A stretch of DNA of 64,000 bases from an uncultured Pelagibacteraceae bacterium (GTDB taxonomy: Bacteria > Pseudomonadota > Alphaproteobacteria > Pelagibacterales > Pelagibacteraceae): contig CACOLA010000003.1 of assembly GCA_902627935.1 (NCBI GenBank), positions 93,171 through 157,170 of the forward strand, written 5' to 3'. Positions 53,221 to 63,988 of the stretch are shown in pieces. The notes under the pieces are model-generated. The model made no database searches. It saw only the letters and a program-made list of their open reading frames with translations, and had not been told where the DNA came from. The position numbers were made by a program, and so were the translations under genes. Position 1 is the stretch's first letter. Each line of letters opens with the position of its first letter.

Positions 53221-53964
53221 TTATTTTTTTGTTTCAGCAGTTTTTTTATCCGAGGATTTTTTTTCGTCAGGTTCTTTTTTATCACTGTCTTTTTTATCAC
53301 CTTCTGCTGTTGGTTTGTCTCCATCAGCAGCAGCTGCTTCAGAACCTTCAGCTCCATCCTCACCTTCTGATGCTTCAGCTTCTGCTGGTTTCTCGGGCTC
53401 TTTCATAACTGTTGGAGCTGCTAATGTCGCTATAACAAAATCTCGCCCTTGAATTGTTGGCACCACATCACTTTCCAGTTTAACAGATGAAATTTTAAAA
53501 CTTTCACCAATGTCAACACCATCAAGATCAATAGTTAATTTTTCAGGGATTTTTTCACTTGGACACTTAAGCTCAACTTTTCGTCGAACGATATTAAGCA
53601 CACCTCCTCTTTTAAGTCCTGGAGATTTTTCATGATTAATGAATTCTACCGGAACTTCGATTCTAATTTTGACACCTGGCACAACCCTCAAAAAATCTAC
53701 ATGAATAGGTTCGTCTGTTAAAACATCATAAACCACTTCCCTAGGCAATACGTTTTGATCATTACCGTTGACTGAAAGAGTAATTATATTTGATAAAAAA
53801 TTTTCTTTTTCTATAGTTGATTTGAGTAATTTTTTTGAAATTGAAATTTTTTCATTTTTACCTTTTCCACCATAAACTATCGCAGGAACATTTCCATTAT
53901 TTCTAATAGAACTTAAATCACCTTTAGTTTTATTTTCTCTATTAATTGCAGTCAGTGAAATCAT
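53221..53964 (-). CDS. rplY: 50S ribosomal protein bL25 (Ctc type, long charged tail)
   Basis: VPAIVYG, HVDF and PGLKRGGVL motifs; ATG at 53964 preferred. Confidence 0.95.
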   Translation of the reverse strand: MISLTAINRENKTKGDLSSIRNNGNVPAIVYGGKGKNEKISISKKLLKSTIEKENFLSNIITLSVNGNDQNVLPREVVYDVLTDEPIHVDFLRVVPGVKIRIEVPVEFINHEKSPGLKRGGVLNIVRRKVELKCPSEKIPEKLTIDLDGVDIGESFKISSVKLESDVVPTIQGRDFVIATLAAPTVMKEPEKPAEAEASEGEDGAEGSEAAAADGDKPTAEGDKKDSDKKEPDEKKSSDKKTAETKK

Positions 53965-54008
53965 AAGAACAGGTTTTTTAGCCCATGTTCTAAAATAACT
54001 CAAGGTAA

Positions 54009-54941
54009 TTATTTAAATAAATCTGATACAGAAGTTGAGTTAGAAATCCTTTTAATAGCTTCACCCATTAAGCCTGAAATTGATAAAACTTCAATATTTT
54101 TAGTATTTTTAACTTTTTCTAAGTTGTCAATAGTGTCAGTAATCACTAAATTTTTAATAACCGAATTTTTAATTTTTTTAACAGCCTCGCCACTCAAAAC
54201 TCCATGAGTAATGTAAACGTAAACTTCTTTAGCTCCTCTATCCTTAAGAGCTTTTGCTGCATTAATAATTGTTCCACCAGAGTCGATTATATCATCACAA
54301 ATTATACATGTTTTATCTTTTACATTACCAATAACATTCATCACCTGAGATTGTCCAGGCTTTGGTCTTCTTTTATCAACAATAGCCAAACCAGCATTTA
54401 ATAATTTTCCTAAAGCTCTAGCTCTTTCAGTTCCTCCAACATCAGGTGCAACGCAAATAATATTTTTATTTTTAATTTTCTTTTTTGCATGTCTCGCGAA
54501 TATTGGAGTTGAAAAAAGGTTATCAACTGGAATATCAAAAAATCCTTGAATTTGTCCGGCATGTAAATCAACCGTAACAACTCTATCTGCTCCAGCTTTT
54601 GTAATGAGATTCGAAACTAATTTTGCTGATATGGATGTTCTAGGTACAACTTTCCTATCTTGTCTTGCATACCCAAAATAAGGAATTACAGCAGTAATAT
54701 TTTTAGCTGAAGACCTTTTTAATGCATCGATACAAAGTAAAAGTTCCATTAAATTATCATTAGCTGGAGATGAGACCGATTGCACAATAAAGATGCTATT
54801 GCCTCTAATGTTTTCATTAATCTCTATATAAATTTCACCATCAGAAAATTTTCTAATACTTGAATTTACAAGCTTAGTTTTTAAAAATTTAGCGATACTC
54901 TTACTTAAGGGTTTATTGCTATTTCCTGATAATAATTTCAT
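54009..54941 (-). CDS. prs: ribose-phosphate pyrophosphokinase
   Basis: [25 protein letters not shown] and DDIIDSGGT motifs. Confidence 0.98.
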   Translation of the reverse strand: MKLLSGNSNKPLSKSIAKFLKTKLVNSSIRKFSDGEIYIEINENIRGNSIFIVQSVSSPANDNLMELLLCIDALKRSSAKNITAVIPYFGYARQDRKVVPRTSISAKLVSNLITKAGADRVVTVDLHAGQIQGFFDIPVDNLFSTPIFARHAKKKIKNKNIICVAPDVGGTERARALGKLLNAGLAIVDKRRPKPGQSQVMNVIGNVKDKTCIICDDIIDSGGTIINAAKALKDRGAKEVYVYITHGVLSGEAVKKIKNSVIKNLVITDTIDNLEKVKNTKNIEVLSISGLMGEAIKRISNSTSVSDLFK

Positions 54942-54948
54942 TAAATTA

Positions 54949-55710
54949 TTAATTAAACATAATTATAGATATATTTCTACCATAATCATTATGATTTAGC
55001 CCTAGAGATCTTCTTGCACTAAAAAAATTATTTTTTTTATTAAAAGTATCTATATTTAACAGGTCTATATTTTTTATTTTATTCGATTTGACGTGTTTTT
55101 TGACATAATTTTTTAAATCAAAATAAAACTTATTTTTTTTAATCTCAAAAAATATATTATTTTTTTTATCTTTATTAATAAATTTTCTTTTAAATCCTAT
55201 TCCAACCTCATAATTTAATTTAGAAATACAAGGCCCTATAGCAACAGTCATATATTTAGGGTTGCAACCTTTTTTTATCATAAATTTTATCACCTTTTGA
55301 ACTATCCCTTTATATGCACCTCTCCACCCAGCGTGAATTGCAGCAATCATTTTTCTTTTTTTATCAAAAATCAAAATTGGAGCACAATCTGCTGTTAAAA
55401 TTGCTATTGGAATTTTTTTTCTATCGCTAATTATTGCATCAGCTATGACACTTCTGTTTTTGATATCTGTCTTTTTATTTAAATATATAAATTTGTTGGT
55501 ATGATTTTGCTTTACAAAAAAAATTTCATTTGATTTTATACCTAATTTTAATTTAACAATATCGATGTTCTTTTTTATATTCTTCTTTTTGTCTTTGGAA
55601 CCTATTCCGCAATTGAGACTTTTATATATACCTTTTGATACACCACCGTTTTTATTAAAAAAACCATGCTTGACTTCAGGAAATCTCAATAACTTTTTTG
55701 ATTGTAACAA
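54949..55710 (-). CDS. pgeF: PgeF/YfiH (laccase-like purine nucleoside phosphorylase family)
   Basis: Q.H, TADC.P, HAGWRG, IGPCI and FFSARR motifs. Confidence 0.92.
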   Translation of the reverse strand: MLQSKKLLRFPEVKHGFFNKNGGVSKGIYKSLNCGIGSKDKKKNIKKNIDIVKLKLGIKSNEIFFVKQNHTNKFIYLNKKTDIKNRSVIADAIISDRKKIPIAILTADCAPILIFDKKRKMIAAIHAGWRGAYKGIVQKVIKFMIKKGCNPKYMTVAIGPCISKLNYEVGIGFKRKFINKDKKNNIFFEIKKNKFYFDLKNYVKKHVKSNKIKNIDLLNIDTFNKKNNFFSARRSLGLNHNDYGRNISIIMFN

Positions 55711-55712
55711 AA

Positions 55713-56759
55713 TTAAAATCCTATATTAAAATTATTATCTGAATTTTTAATTAACATAACTTTAAATAATTGCCCCATTTGTCTCTTATCTATTAATCTT
55801 TTTAACCTGAAGAATATATCTGCTTTTTGTAAAAATGATTTATTTTTACTAATAATTTCAGCTCTTTGATTAATGCCTAAATTTAACAAAAAATTTTTCT
55901 GAGAAGTATAATTTATATCTAATTTTCCAAAATTTTGAGCAATTTTTTTAATTAAATTAAAATTAATATTATATGTTATATCTGACTTACCTAGATTTGC
56001 TAAAACTTCAGAATGTCTTTTTCTATATATAGCTTTTAATGTATTTTTCATTTTTTCTGAAAAAAAGCCGTAATCTATAATAAGTAATCCACCTTTATTT
56101 TTTTTTATAAGTTTAAAGATGCTATTTAAATATCTATTACCCAATGGTGAAAATTCTATAAAATTTTGTGCCTTAGAAATTTTAAATTTAAGCTTTTTCT
56201 CCAGAGTTCTAATATTAGTTTTTTTATTAACAAAAGTAAGATTTTTGTCATCTGATATTTTAATATATCTTTCATACCAAAACTTTTTAAGTTTTAAGAA
56301 TTGTTTAATCGGGATTGCATCGAAGAACTCATTTGCCAAAAAAATACTAGGAAAACTATTTAAATTTGCTAAATTTTTTTTCCATTTAATACCTCCAAAA
56401 TTAATATTAATTTTTTGCTTTTTTATTAATCTTGGACTTTTTTCGATAATTATAATATTACAACATTTTAAAAATGGTGGAAAATTCTTAAAAGTTTCAA
56501 TCATAACTCTCATCATTTCACCATTACCTGCACCCAATTCAATAAGATTAAATTTTTTTGGTGACCCTAGACTCTCCCAGAAACTTAAAGTCCAAATAGC
56601 AACCATTTCAGAAAAAAGCCTAGAAATATTTGGTGCAGTAGTAAAGTCACCATTTCTTCCAAATGGATTTTGAGTAATATAATATCCATTTTTGTTATCA
56701 TAGAGACAATAGTCAATAAATTTATCTAGTGGTATCTTATGATTCTTTTTTAACATCAT
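55713..56759 (-). CDS. SAM-dependent methyltransferase, MidA/NDUFAF7 family
   Basis: GYY....FG..GDF.TAP.IS..F.E, ELGAG.G, NEFFDA.P, IDYG and MG.LFKV motifs. Confidence 0.92.
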   Translation of the reverse strand: MMLKKNHKIPLDKFIDYCLYDNKNGYYITQNPFGRNGDFTTAPNISRLFSEMVAIWTLSFWESLGSPKKFNLIELGAGNGEMMRVMIETFKNFPPFLKCCNIIIIEKSPRLIKKQKININFGGIKWKKNLANLNSFPSIFLANEFFDAIPIKQFLKLKKFWYERYIKISDDKNLTFVNKKTNIRTLEKKLKFKISKAQNFIEFSPLGNRYLNSIFKLIKKNKGGLLIIDYGFFSEKMKNTLKAIYRKRHSEVLANLGKSDITYNINFNLIKKIAQNFGKLDINYTSQKNFLLNLGINQRAEIISKNKSFLQKADIFFRLKRLIDKRQMGQLFKVMLIKNSDNNFNIGF

Positions 56760-57516
56760 TTATAAAATAGTACAAAAATAAACCTATTACTAAAAATACA
56801 ATACTCATTAATTGACCCATAGTTAATTTAAGAAATAGATATCCAAGTTGCTCATCTGGAACCCTGAAGTATTCAATTATAAATCTAAAAATTGAGTATA
56901 TTATTAGAAACAAAGCTGAAATAATGCCTGGAACTTTCAAATTTTTTTTATTCCAAAAAAATAATAGTATTAAAAATAATAAGATACCCTCTAATATTGC
57001 CTCATATAATTGAGAAGGATGTCGATATAAATTGTCAATCTGAATAAATTTAACACCCCATGGCATTGATGTTTGATATCCATATAATTCTGAATTAATA
57101 AAATTAGCTATTCTTCCAAAAAAAATTCCGATAGGTGAGACTAAAGAAATTATATCTAAATATTCAAAAAGATTATCATTGTTTTTTTTTGAATAAAATA
57201 TACTCGCCAAAATTATTCCTATTACTCCTCCATGAAAAGACATTCCTCCTTCCCAAATCTTAAATATATCAAAAATATTGTTTACATAATATTCTAGATT
57301 ATAGAAAATTACATATCCAAGTCGACCACCTATAATTAAACCTAAAATTACATATGTAACGTAATCATCAAATTTTTCTTTAAAATTTTCTTTTATAAAA
57401 ATTTTTTTTGCTAAATACCAACCTATTAGAATACCTGCTATATAAGATAAAGAATACCAACGTATCTCGTAAGAGAAAATTTCAAATGCTACTGGGTCAA
57501 AATTATTAATGAACAT
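56737..57516 (-). CDS. lgt: prolipoprotein diacylglyceryl transferase
   Basis: IRWY, GGRLGYV, GGMSFHGG, GRIANFIN.EL and HPSQLYE motifs. Confidence 0.97.
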   Translation of the reverse strand: MFINNFDPVAFEIFSYEIRWYSLSYIAGILIGWYLAKKIFIKENFKEKFDDYVTYVILGLIIGGRLGYVIFYNLEYYVNNIFDIFKIWEGGMSFHGGVIGIILASIFYSKKNNDNLFEYLDIISLVSPIGIFFGRIANFINSELYGYQTSMPWGVKFIQIDNLYRHPSQLYEAILEGILLFLILLFFWNKKNLKVPGIISALFLIIYSIFRFIIEYFRVPDEQLGYLFLKLTMGQLMSIVFLVIGLFLYYFINDVKKES

Positions 57517-57566
57517 TACAAATTTTATTAGTAAGATATAAATATATTAAGTTAATAAATAAATAT

Positions 57567-57818
57567 ATGAAAAATTCTAAATTTGTATTTGATAAAATCA
57601 CCAAGTTATTTGAGCAAGGCTTAATTTCGTCTAAAGATTTAACAAATGAGCTAGTAACAATCTTAAAATCTAAAAGAGATGAGATAGTTTTTAAGATGAA
57701 ACTTACTAGTAAAGATGAATTTGATGTTTTATCAAAAAGAGTAGAAAATCTAGAAAAAAATTTCGAGAAACAAAATTTAAAAAAAAAAAAGAAAATTAAG
57801 CAGGCAAAAAGATCTTAA
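57567..57818 (+). CDS. UbiK/BMFP-like accessory coiled-coil protein
   Basis: M.L.S..EFDVL..RVE.LE pattern; divergent from lgt, a conserved alphaproteobacterial context. Confidence 0.7.
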   Translation: MKNSKFVFDKITKLFEQGLISSKDLTNELVTILKSKRDEIVFKMKLTSKDEFDVLSKRVENLEKNFEKQNLKKKKKIKQAKRS

Positions 57819-59115
57819 CTTTAAGTCCGTTAAGTTTAGATTTTTCCAATTGTATATTTCCACCATGAGATCTAATTATATCTGAAGCTATTGATAGGCC
57901 AAGCCCCACACTTGCTTTATTATCAGCTCTACCTTTGTCTACCTTATAAAAAGGTTTAAACACGTTTTCATATTCTCTCTCGGATATTCCAGGCCCGTCA
58001 TCTTCAATATTAATAAAAATATTTTGAGATTTTTTTGAAAGCTCAATATTTACTTTTTTTCCATATTTTAATGCATTATCTATTAAATTATTTAAACATC
58101 TTTTAATAAGATTTTTTTTTCCATTTAAGAAAATTTCTGGGGCCAATGTTTGAGATATATTTTCATTATTATATTTTTCAATAATTTGTTTAATTAATTC
58201 AGTTAAATTGTAGAGTTCATTTTTTTCTAAATATGATGAACTTGTGAATTGTAAATACTCATTTAACATTTTTTCCATCTCATTAATATCATCTGTTAAT
58301 TTACTAGAAATATCTTTATCTTTAATAAATGCAGTTTTTAATTTCATTCTTGTTAAAGGAGTTCTAAGATCGTGACTTATGCCAGATAACATTTCTGATC
58401 TTTGATTTAAATGCCTTAAAATTCTTTTTCTCATTCTTTCAAATTCATAGCCAGCCTGCCTTATTTCTGATGCGCCAGATGGTTTAAATTCTTCTACTTG
58501 CTCTCCTCTACCAAATTTTTCCGCAGCTTTTGCTAAAGCAGTTATTGGACGAGTTTGGTTCTTTAAAAATATTAGAGATATAATTATCATTATAAATGCT
58601 GGAACAGTTATCCATAGACCAAATATCCGAGCAGAGGAACTTGTGAGCCTGTCTTTTGGAATTAAAAATTTAAAATAACCATCTTGGTATTTTATTCTTA
58701 AATCTATAAGTTCTTTGTAGTTAGTTGTATTAAACCAATATTTGTTATTTCCAAATCTCGATTTTAATTCTCTTCTTAAAGTTCTGTCTATTGGACTGAA
58801 CCATCTTTCGTCATAGGAATAATCAAACTTCTCATTACTAATTAATTCTATATTTAAATCTTGATAGATTGAAAAGAGGTTAGTAATTTCATCTTTATCA
58901 AAATTTTCATTACTATAAACCTCTATAAAAGTTTTAATTTCACTTGCTAATGCTCTTGTCATACCTTTGTTTGTTTTAATCCATAGACTGTCAAAAAAAA
59001 CAATCGTTATAATTAATTGTATGACAATTACAGGAATGGCTACAATCAATAGTGCTCTATAAAATAATCTTTTAGGCAATAAATCTTTTATAAATTTATT
59101 CAATCCATAAAACAT
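57796..59115 (-). CDS. EnvZ-like sensor histidine kinase
   Basis: Two TMs, HAMP, SHDLRTPLTR, NLIDNA, DDGPGI and GLGL motifs; ATG at 59115 preferred. Confidence 0.93.
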   Translation of the reverse strand: MFYGLNKFIKDLLPKRLFYRALLIVAIPVIVIQLIITIVFFDSLWIKTNKGMTRALASEIKTFIEVYSNENFDKDEITNLFSIYQDLNIELISNEKFDYSYDERWFSPIDRTLRRELKSRFGNNKYWFNTTNYKELIDLRIKYQDGYFKFLIPKDRLTSSSARIFGLWITVPAFIMIIISLIFLKNQTRPITALAKAAEKFGRGEQVEEFKPSGASEIRQAGYEFERMRKRILRHLNQRSEMLSGISHDLRTPLTRMKLKTAFIKDKDISSKLTDDINEMEKMLNEYLQFTSSSYLEKNELYNLTELIKQIIEKYNNENISQTLAPEIFLNGKKNLIKRCLNNLIDNALKYGKKVNIELSKKSQNIFINIEDDGPGISEREYENVFKPFYKVDKGRADNKASVGLGLSIASDIIRSHGGNIQLEKSKLNGLKVKIFLPA

Positions 59116-59773
59116 AGCCAGCTCCTCTAATTGTTTGAAGAAATTTAGGATTTTTCGGATCCAACTCAATTTTTTTTCTTAATCTTGTTATAATTACATC
59201 AATAGATCTCTCTTTATTTAAATTTATTAATTTTCCTATTTCCATTCTTTGAAAAGTTTTTCCAGGATTATTTATCATTTTTTCTAATATAATTTTTTCA
59301 GTACTATTAATTTTAAATTCTTTTTCATTTTTAAATATTAATTGTCTATTTAGATCGATTTGAATATTTTCAAATTTAATAACTCTTTTCAAATCATTCT
59401 TTTTGGTTTTATCAATAATATTTTTAATTCTTAAAATTAATTCTTTTGGTTCAAAAGGTTTTGGTAAATAATCATCAGCACCCAATTCCAAACCCTCAAC
59501 TCTTTCATTTGCTTCACCTTTTGCGGTAAGTAATATAACAGGTGTCTCTAAATTATTTTTTTTTTCCTCAATAAATTCAAGACCACTTTTACCTGGCATC
59601 ATTATATCTAAAATTATGAGATCAAACTTAATGATTTTAATTTTTTCAGATGCATCCTCAGCACTTTCTGCAGTTGTTACTAAATATTTATTTTCATTTA
59701 GATATCTTTTAACTAATGATCTTATTCCATCATCATCATCTACCACTAGTATATGTCCAAAAAAATTATCCAT
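59096..59773 (-). CDS. OmpR-family response regulator (PetR-like)
   Basis: VDDD, LDIMMPG, GADDY..KPF and RSIDV.I.RLR.KIE.DP..P..LQTIRG.GY motifs. Confidence 0.93.
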   Translation of the reverse strand: MDNFFGHILVVDDDDGIRSLVKRYLNENKYLVTTAESAEDASEKIKIIKFDLIILDIMMPGKSGLEFIEEKKNNLETPVILLTAKGEANERVEGLELGADDYLPKPFEPKELILRIKNIIDKTKKNDLKRVIKFENIQIDLNRQLIFKNEKEFKINSTEKIILEKMINNPGKTFQRMEIGKLINLNKERSIDVIITRLRKKIELDPKNPKFLQTIRGAGYVLWIE

Positions 59774-60203
59774 TAATGATCTTATTTAAAACACTATCAA
59801 AATTTAAAACTTCCTCAGATTTTGAATTGAGCAAAGCCTCATAGATTCTTTTCTTTTGAGTCGAAAAAATTTCATCGAATATTTTTTTTCCTTTTTCATT
59901 TAAAAAAATGTGTTTGATCCTGGTGTCTTGTTCATCTTTTTTAAACTCAATAATCTCAAGTTTGATTAAATCTTTGAGCACTCTGTTTAGACTTTGTTTT
60001 GTTATTTTAAGTCTACCTAATAGTTCAGAAATAGAGATACCTTCATACATTGACAATAGGTGAATAACTTTATTATGTGCTAAGCCTATAGAGTATTTAT
60101 TAAGCACTTCTTTTGAGTCTGAGAATATTTCTCTATATCCAACAAATAATTTTTCTATCAGATCTTTTAATTGCTCATCTTTTAAATAAAGAAGTTCTTT
60201 CAT
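59766..60203 (-). CDS. MarR-family regulator (PetP-like)
   Basis: LLYL.DEQL N-terminus, ITKQSLNRVL helix and D.R wing. Confidence 0.85.
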   Translation of the reverse strand: MKELLYLKDEQLKDLIEKLFVGYREIFSDSKEVLNKYSIGLAHNKVIHLLSMYEGISISELLGRLKITKQSLNRVLKDLIKLEIIEFKKDEQDTRIKHIFLNEKGKKIFDEIFSTQKKRIYEALLNSKSEEVLNFDSVLNKIING

Positions 60204-60219
60204 TTAATGGTAAGTTATA

Positions 60220-60248
60220 TTGACATATTATAGATACAAAGATATTTT
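60220..60248 (+). promoter_or_regulatory. candidate sigma70 promoter of ilvE
   Basis: TTGACA-N17-TATTTT, 24 bp upstream of the ATG. Confidence 0.45.
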
Positions 60249-60272
60249 TCAGTAAGAATTTTATATTTCATA

Positions 60273-61154
60273 ATGATACCCTACGATAAAAGATCAGGAA
60301 AAATATGGTACAATGGCGAATTAGTCGACTGGACTGATGTAAAGGTTCATGTGTTAAGCCATGGATTACACTATGCAAGTTGTGTTTTTGAGGGTGAACG
60401 GGTCTATGATGGATCAATTTTTAAACTTGAGGAGCATACATCTAGACTTTTTCATTCTGCAAGACGAATGGGTTTTGAGATTCCATATAGTGAAGATGAA
60501 ATTAATTCTGCATCAAAAAAAATAATAACAACTCAAAAAGTAGAGAATGGATATGTTAGACCAGTTGCTTGGAGAGGAAGTGAAATGATGGCTATTTCAG
60601 CTCAACAAACAAAGATTCACGTGGCAATAGCAACCTGGGAATGGGGTTCATATTTTGATCCAAAGCTTAAGGTAGAGGGGATTAGATTAAATATATCGAA
60701 TTGGAGAAGACCAGCGCCAAATACTATTCCCTGGGATACAAAAGCATCTGGACTTTATATGATTTGTACTTTGTCAAAACATGAGGCTGAAAAACAAGGT
60801 TACACAGATTCTTTAATGTTGGATTTTGAAGGAAATGTAGCTGAAGCTACTGGAGCAAATATTTTTTTTAAAGATAAAGATGGAGATCTTCACACTCCAA
60901 TCCCAGATTCTTTTTTAGATGGAATTACAAGACGGACAGTCATTGATATCGCCAAGTCAAAAAACATCAAAGTTTATGAAAGAAAAATTAAACCTGATGA
61001 ATTAAAAAATTTCGTTGGTTGTTTTTTGACAGGTACTGCCGCTGAAGTTACACCTGTTTCATGTATTGCAGAATATAAATTTAAAGTTTGTGATACAATA
61101 ATTAATTTAAATGAAAGTTATATCGCTTTAGTAAAAAAGAAAAAAGCAGCTTAA
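60273..61154 (+). CDS. ilvE: branched-chain amino acid aminotransferase
   Basis: HGLHY...FEG.R, GYVRP, E..GANIF, LDGITR and GTAAEVTPV motifs. Confidence 0.96.
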   Translation: MIPYDKRSGKIWYNGELVDWTDVKVHVLSHGLHYASCVFEGERVYDGSIFKLEEHTSRLFHSARRMGFEIPYSEDEINSASKKIITTQKVENGYVRPVAWRGSEMMAISAQQTKIHVAIATWEWGSYFDPKLKVEGIRLNISNWRRPAPNTIPWDTKASGLYMICTLSKHEAEKQGYTDSLMLDFEGNVAEATGANIFFKDKDGDLHTPIPDSFLDGITRRTVIDIAKSKNIKVYERKIKPDELKNFVGCFLTGTAAEVTPVSCIAEYKFKVCDTIINLNESYIALVKKKKAA

Positions 61155-61735
61155 TCTTTGCTATCTTCTGAAATTGCATGATCTATACCTTTACGCATAT
61201 AATCGTAACCAGTAAAAAGAGTTAAAGCTGCAGAGACCCATAATAAAATAATTCCTATTATTTGAGCATTGTAATCTTGAAAATTAATTATCTTATTTCC
61301 GGTTTCACCAGATAATAAAAGTGCGATAGAAACCATTTGCAAAACAGTTTTTAATTTGGCAAGATTTGAAACAGGAAGTTTAATTTTACCCTTAGCTAAG
61401 AATTCTCTAAGTCCAGAAATTAAAATTTCTCTTGTGAGAATTATGATTGCAGCAATAACTTCATAATGCCGAATTGTACCATCCATAACCAATAGAATTA
61501 AAGCAGTTGCAACAATAATTTTATCAGCTATTGGATCAAGCAATTCTCCAAGTTTTGACTCCTCACCTAAAAGTCTCGCAAGCATTCCATCTAGAAAGTC
61601 TGTAAAAGAGGCTATAATGAATAAAATTAATGCAGTTAAATCCCCGTAAGATCCTGGCAAATAGAATGCCACAACAAAAAAGGGGACAATTAAAATTCTT
61701 CCTATTGTCAAAATATTTGGAATTTTTTTAAGCAT
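61151..61735 (-). CDS. pgsA: CDP-diacylglycerol--glycerol-3-phosphate 3-phosphatidyltransferase
   Basis: PNILT..R, TD.LDG.LAR, G..LDPIADK and REILISGLRE motifs. Confidence 0.96.
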   Translation of the reverse strand: MLKKIPNILTIGRILIVPFFVVAFYLPGSYGDLTALILFIIASFTDFLDGMLARLLGEESKLGELLDPIADKIIVATALILLVMDGTIRHYEVIAAIIILTREILISGLREFLAKGKIKLPVSNLAKLKTVLQMVSIALLLSGETGNKIINFQDYNAQIIGIILLWVSAALTLFTGYDYMRKGIDHAISEDSKD

Positions 61736-61740
61736 AATTT

Positions 61741-63576
61741 TTATTCGTGGAAGAAATTATATATCTTTTTTGCAACTTTTGCCTCAACACCTTCGACAGA
61801 TTTTATTTCATCCAAACTAGCAGACTCAACCGCTCTTGCAGATCCAAAATGATTTAGTAGTGCTCTTTTTCTCACAGATCCAATACCCTCAATTTGGTCA
61901 AGTAAAGATCTACTAATTCCCTTTTTTCTCTTAGCTCTATGGGCACTAATTGCAAATCTATGAGCCTCATCACGTACTCTTTGCAAGAAAAACAAAGTAG
62001 GATCATTTCTTGCAAATTTAAATACTTTTCCATTATGAAAGAATGTTTCGTTACCACTATTTCTTAATTTGCCTTTCGCAATAGCAATAACTGGAATTTC
62101 GTTTAATCCTAATTCATCCAATGTTTCTCTTGCTGATGAATATTGACCTTTGCCACCATCAATTAACACTAAGTCAGGAAATGAGAGAAAATTTCCTTTT
62201 TCTTGAATTGCTCGTTTAAATCTTCTTCCTAAAACCTCTCTTATCATTCCATAGTCGTCTTGCTTAAAGGTTTCATTTTTAATATTGAATTTTCTGTATC
62301 TTTTTTTGATAAACCCTTCTTCACCATAAGTAATTAAAGCACCAACACTATTTGTTCCCTGAATATGACTATTATCGTAAACCTCAATAAGGCTTAAATT
62401 GTTTTCAAAGTTAAATTTTTTTGTAATTTTATCAAGTAACTCCCTATTATTTTGATTTTCATATAAATTTCTATTCAAACTACTTTTAGCATTTTTAATT
62501 GCTAAGTTTACAACTTTCAGTTTTGAACCCTTTTTTGCAATAGAAATATTTATTTGTTTATTTTCTTTTTTTGTAAGAGTTTGTTCAATTAATTTTTTTT
62601 CTTTGATTTCTTCACTAAGTATAATTGATCTTGGCACAGCTTTATTTTCATAAAACTGTGAAACAAAAGAATTTAAAATATTATTTAATTTTTCATCAGG
62701 ATCGTGTTTTGGAAAAAAAGCTTGATTTCCCCAGTTTTGTTTTGATCTATAAAAAAATACTTGGATACAAGTTTTTCCTGATTCTTTATATCCAGCGATA
62801 ACATCAGCTTCATTCAAATTTACATCACTAATTGTCAGCGAAGATTGAATTATATTCAATGATTTTATCTTATCTCTTATTATTGCGGCCTTTTCGAAAT
62901 CTAACTCCTCGCTTGCACTTTCCATCTGATCAGAAAGAGTTTGTTGAATCTTTCTAGATTTTCCTTTACTTAAAAATTCATCAGCTGCATCAACAAGCTT
63001 TGAGTAATCTTCTTTATTTATCTTCCCCCCACAAGGTCCTGCACATCTTTTCAGAAAATAATTAAAACAAGTTTTGTTTGCTGCTTCTACTTGTTTATCA
63101 GTGCATGACCTCAACAAAAAAATTCTTTGTAGAGTTTTTATTGCACTATTAACCGCAAGAGAACTTGCAAAAGGTCCATAATATTTTCCAGATTTATTTT
63201 TTGCTCCTCTATGTCTTTCTATTCTTGGAAATTCATGATTGGAAATAAATATATATGGAAATGATTTATCGTCCTTTAGTAAAATATTAAATTTGGGTTT
63301 ATGTTTTTTAATTAAGTTTGCCTCTAAAAGAAGTGCCTCACTTTCATTAGTTGTTGTTGTAATTTCCAGTTTGATTGTTTGTGAGAGCATTCTTTCTGTT
63401 CTAATAATATGATTTTTTTCGGACACATAACTTTTTAATCTATTTGGAAGATTTTTAGCTTTACCAACATACAAAATTTCATTTTTAGAATTAAGCATTC
63501 TGTACACTCCAGGTAGTTTAGGAATTAATGGAAGCTCTTTTCTAATTACGTCTTTACCAATTTCAGGACTTAACAT
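61741..63576 (-). CDS. uvrC: excinuclease ABC subunit C
   Basis: PGVY/YVGKA GIY-YIG domain, Cys cluster, UVR motif, [20 protein letters not shown] and HhH. Confidence 0.98.
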   Translation of the reverse strand: MLSPEIGKDVIRKELPLIPKLPGVYRMLNSKNEILYVGKAKNLPNRLKSYVSEKNHIIRTERMLSQTIKLEITTTTNESEALLLEANLIKKHKPKFNILLKDDKSFPYIFISNHEFPRIERHRGAKNKSGKYYGPFASSLAVNSAIKTLQRIFLLRSCTDKQVEAANKTCFNYFLKRCAGPCGGKINKEDYSKLVDAADEFLSKGKSRKIQQTLSDQMESASEELDFEKAAIIRDKIKSLNIIQSSLTISDVNLNEADVIAGYKESGKTCIQVFFYRSKQNWGNQAFFPKHDPDEKLNNILNSFVSQFYENKAVPRSIILSEEIKEKKLIEQTLTKKENKQINISIAKKGSKLKVVNLAIKNAKSSLNRNLYENQNNRELLDKITKKFNFENNLSLIEVYDNSHIQGTNSVGALITYGEEGFIKKRYRKFNIKNETFKQDDYGMIREVLGRRFKRAIQEKGNFLSFPDLVLIDGGKGQYSSARETLDELGLNEIPVIAIAKGKLRNSGNETFFHNGKVFKFARNDPTLFFLQRVRDEAHRFAISAHRAKRKKGISRSLLDQIEGIGSVRKRALLNHFGSARAVESASLDEIKSVEGVEAKVAKKIYNFFHE

Positions 63577-63988
63577 GACTTCTTATTTTTGAAATCTGAA
63601 TACCAACTGAAGAACATTCTTTTAAAATTTCTAGTTTTTCAATTTTAAGCATTATTTTACCAATTCTTTTATCTTTAAACAGCTCGTCGAAAACTGCTTC
63701 AGCTAAAGTTTCTAAAAAATTATAGTGCTTCTTTTTGATAAGTTTTTTAATTAATTTTACAATAGTTGCATAATTTACAATTGATCTAAGATCCTTATCG
63801 TTCGATGGTTTTTTATCCTGATAATCTATTTCCAAACTAAACTTTACTTTTTGTGTTTTCTCTTTCTCAAAATCATAATAGCCAAGTTTTAAATCTAAAA
63901 TAAGTTCGTTAATAAGAATTTTTTTCTCGTAGTTAAATAAGCTTTTGTTTTTATCTATTTTTACAACTTTGAGATTATTTTTTTTCAT
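63563..63988 (-). CDS. folB: dihydroneopterin aldolase (FolB-like)
   Basis: LG.Y..EK...Q.V, VNY and LETLAE motifs. Confidence 0.8.
   Translation of the reverse strand: MKKNNLKVVKIDKNKSLFNYEKKILINELILDLKLGYYDFEKEKTQKVKFSLEIDYQDKKPSNDKDLRSIVNYATIVKLIKKLIKKKHYNFLETLAEAVFDELFKDKRIGKIMLKIEKLEILKECSSVGIQISKIRSHVKS

Noticed and set aside
53221-53400. Low-complexity repeat-like stretch (gcttc/cagc repeats)
   Set aside because: It encodes the Ala/Glu/Asp/Lys-rich tail commonly found on Ctc-type bL25 and is not a DNA repeat array.
57779-57790. A12 homopolymer and other poly-A/T runs as phase-variation tracts
   Set aside because: They are in-frame Lys codons in a very AT-rich genome, and no disrupted ORFs were seen.
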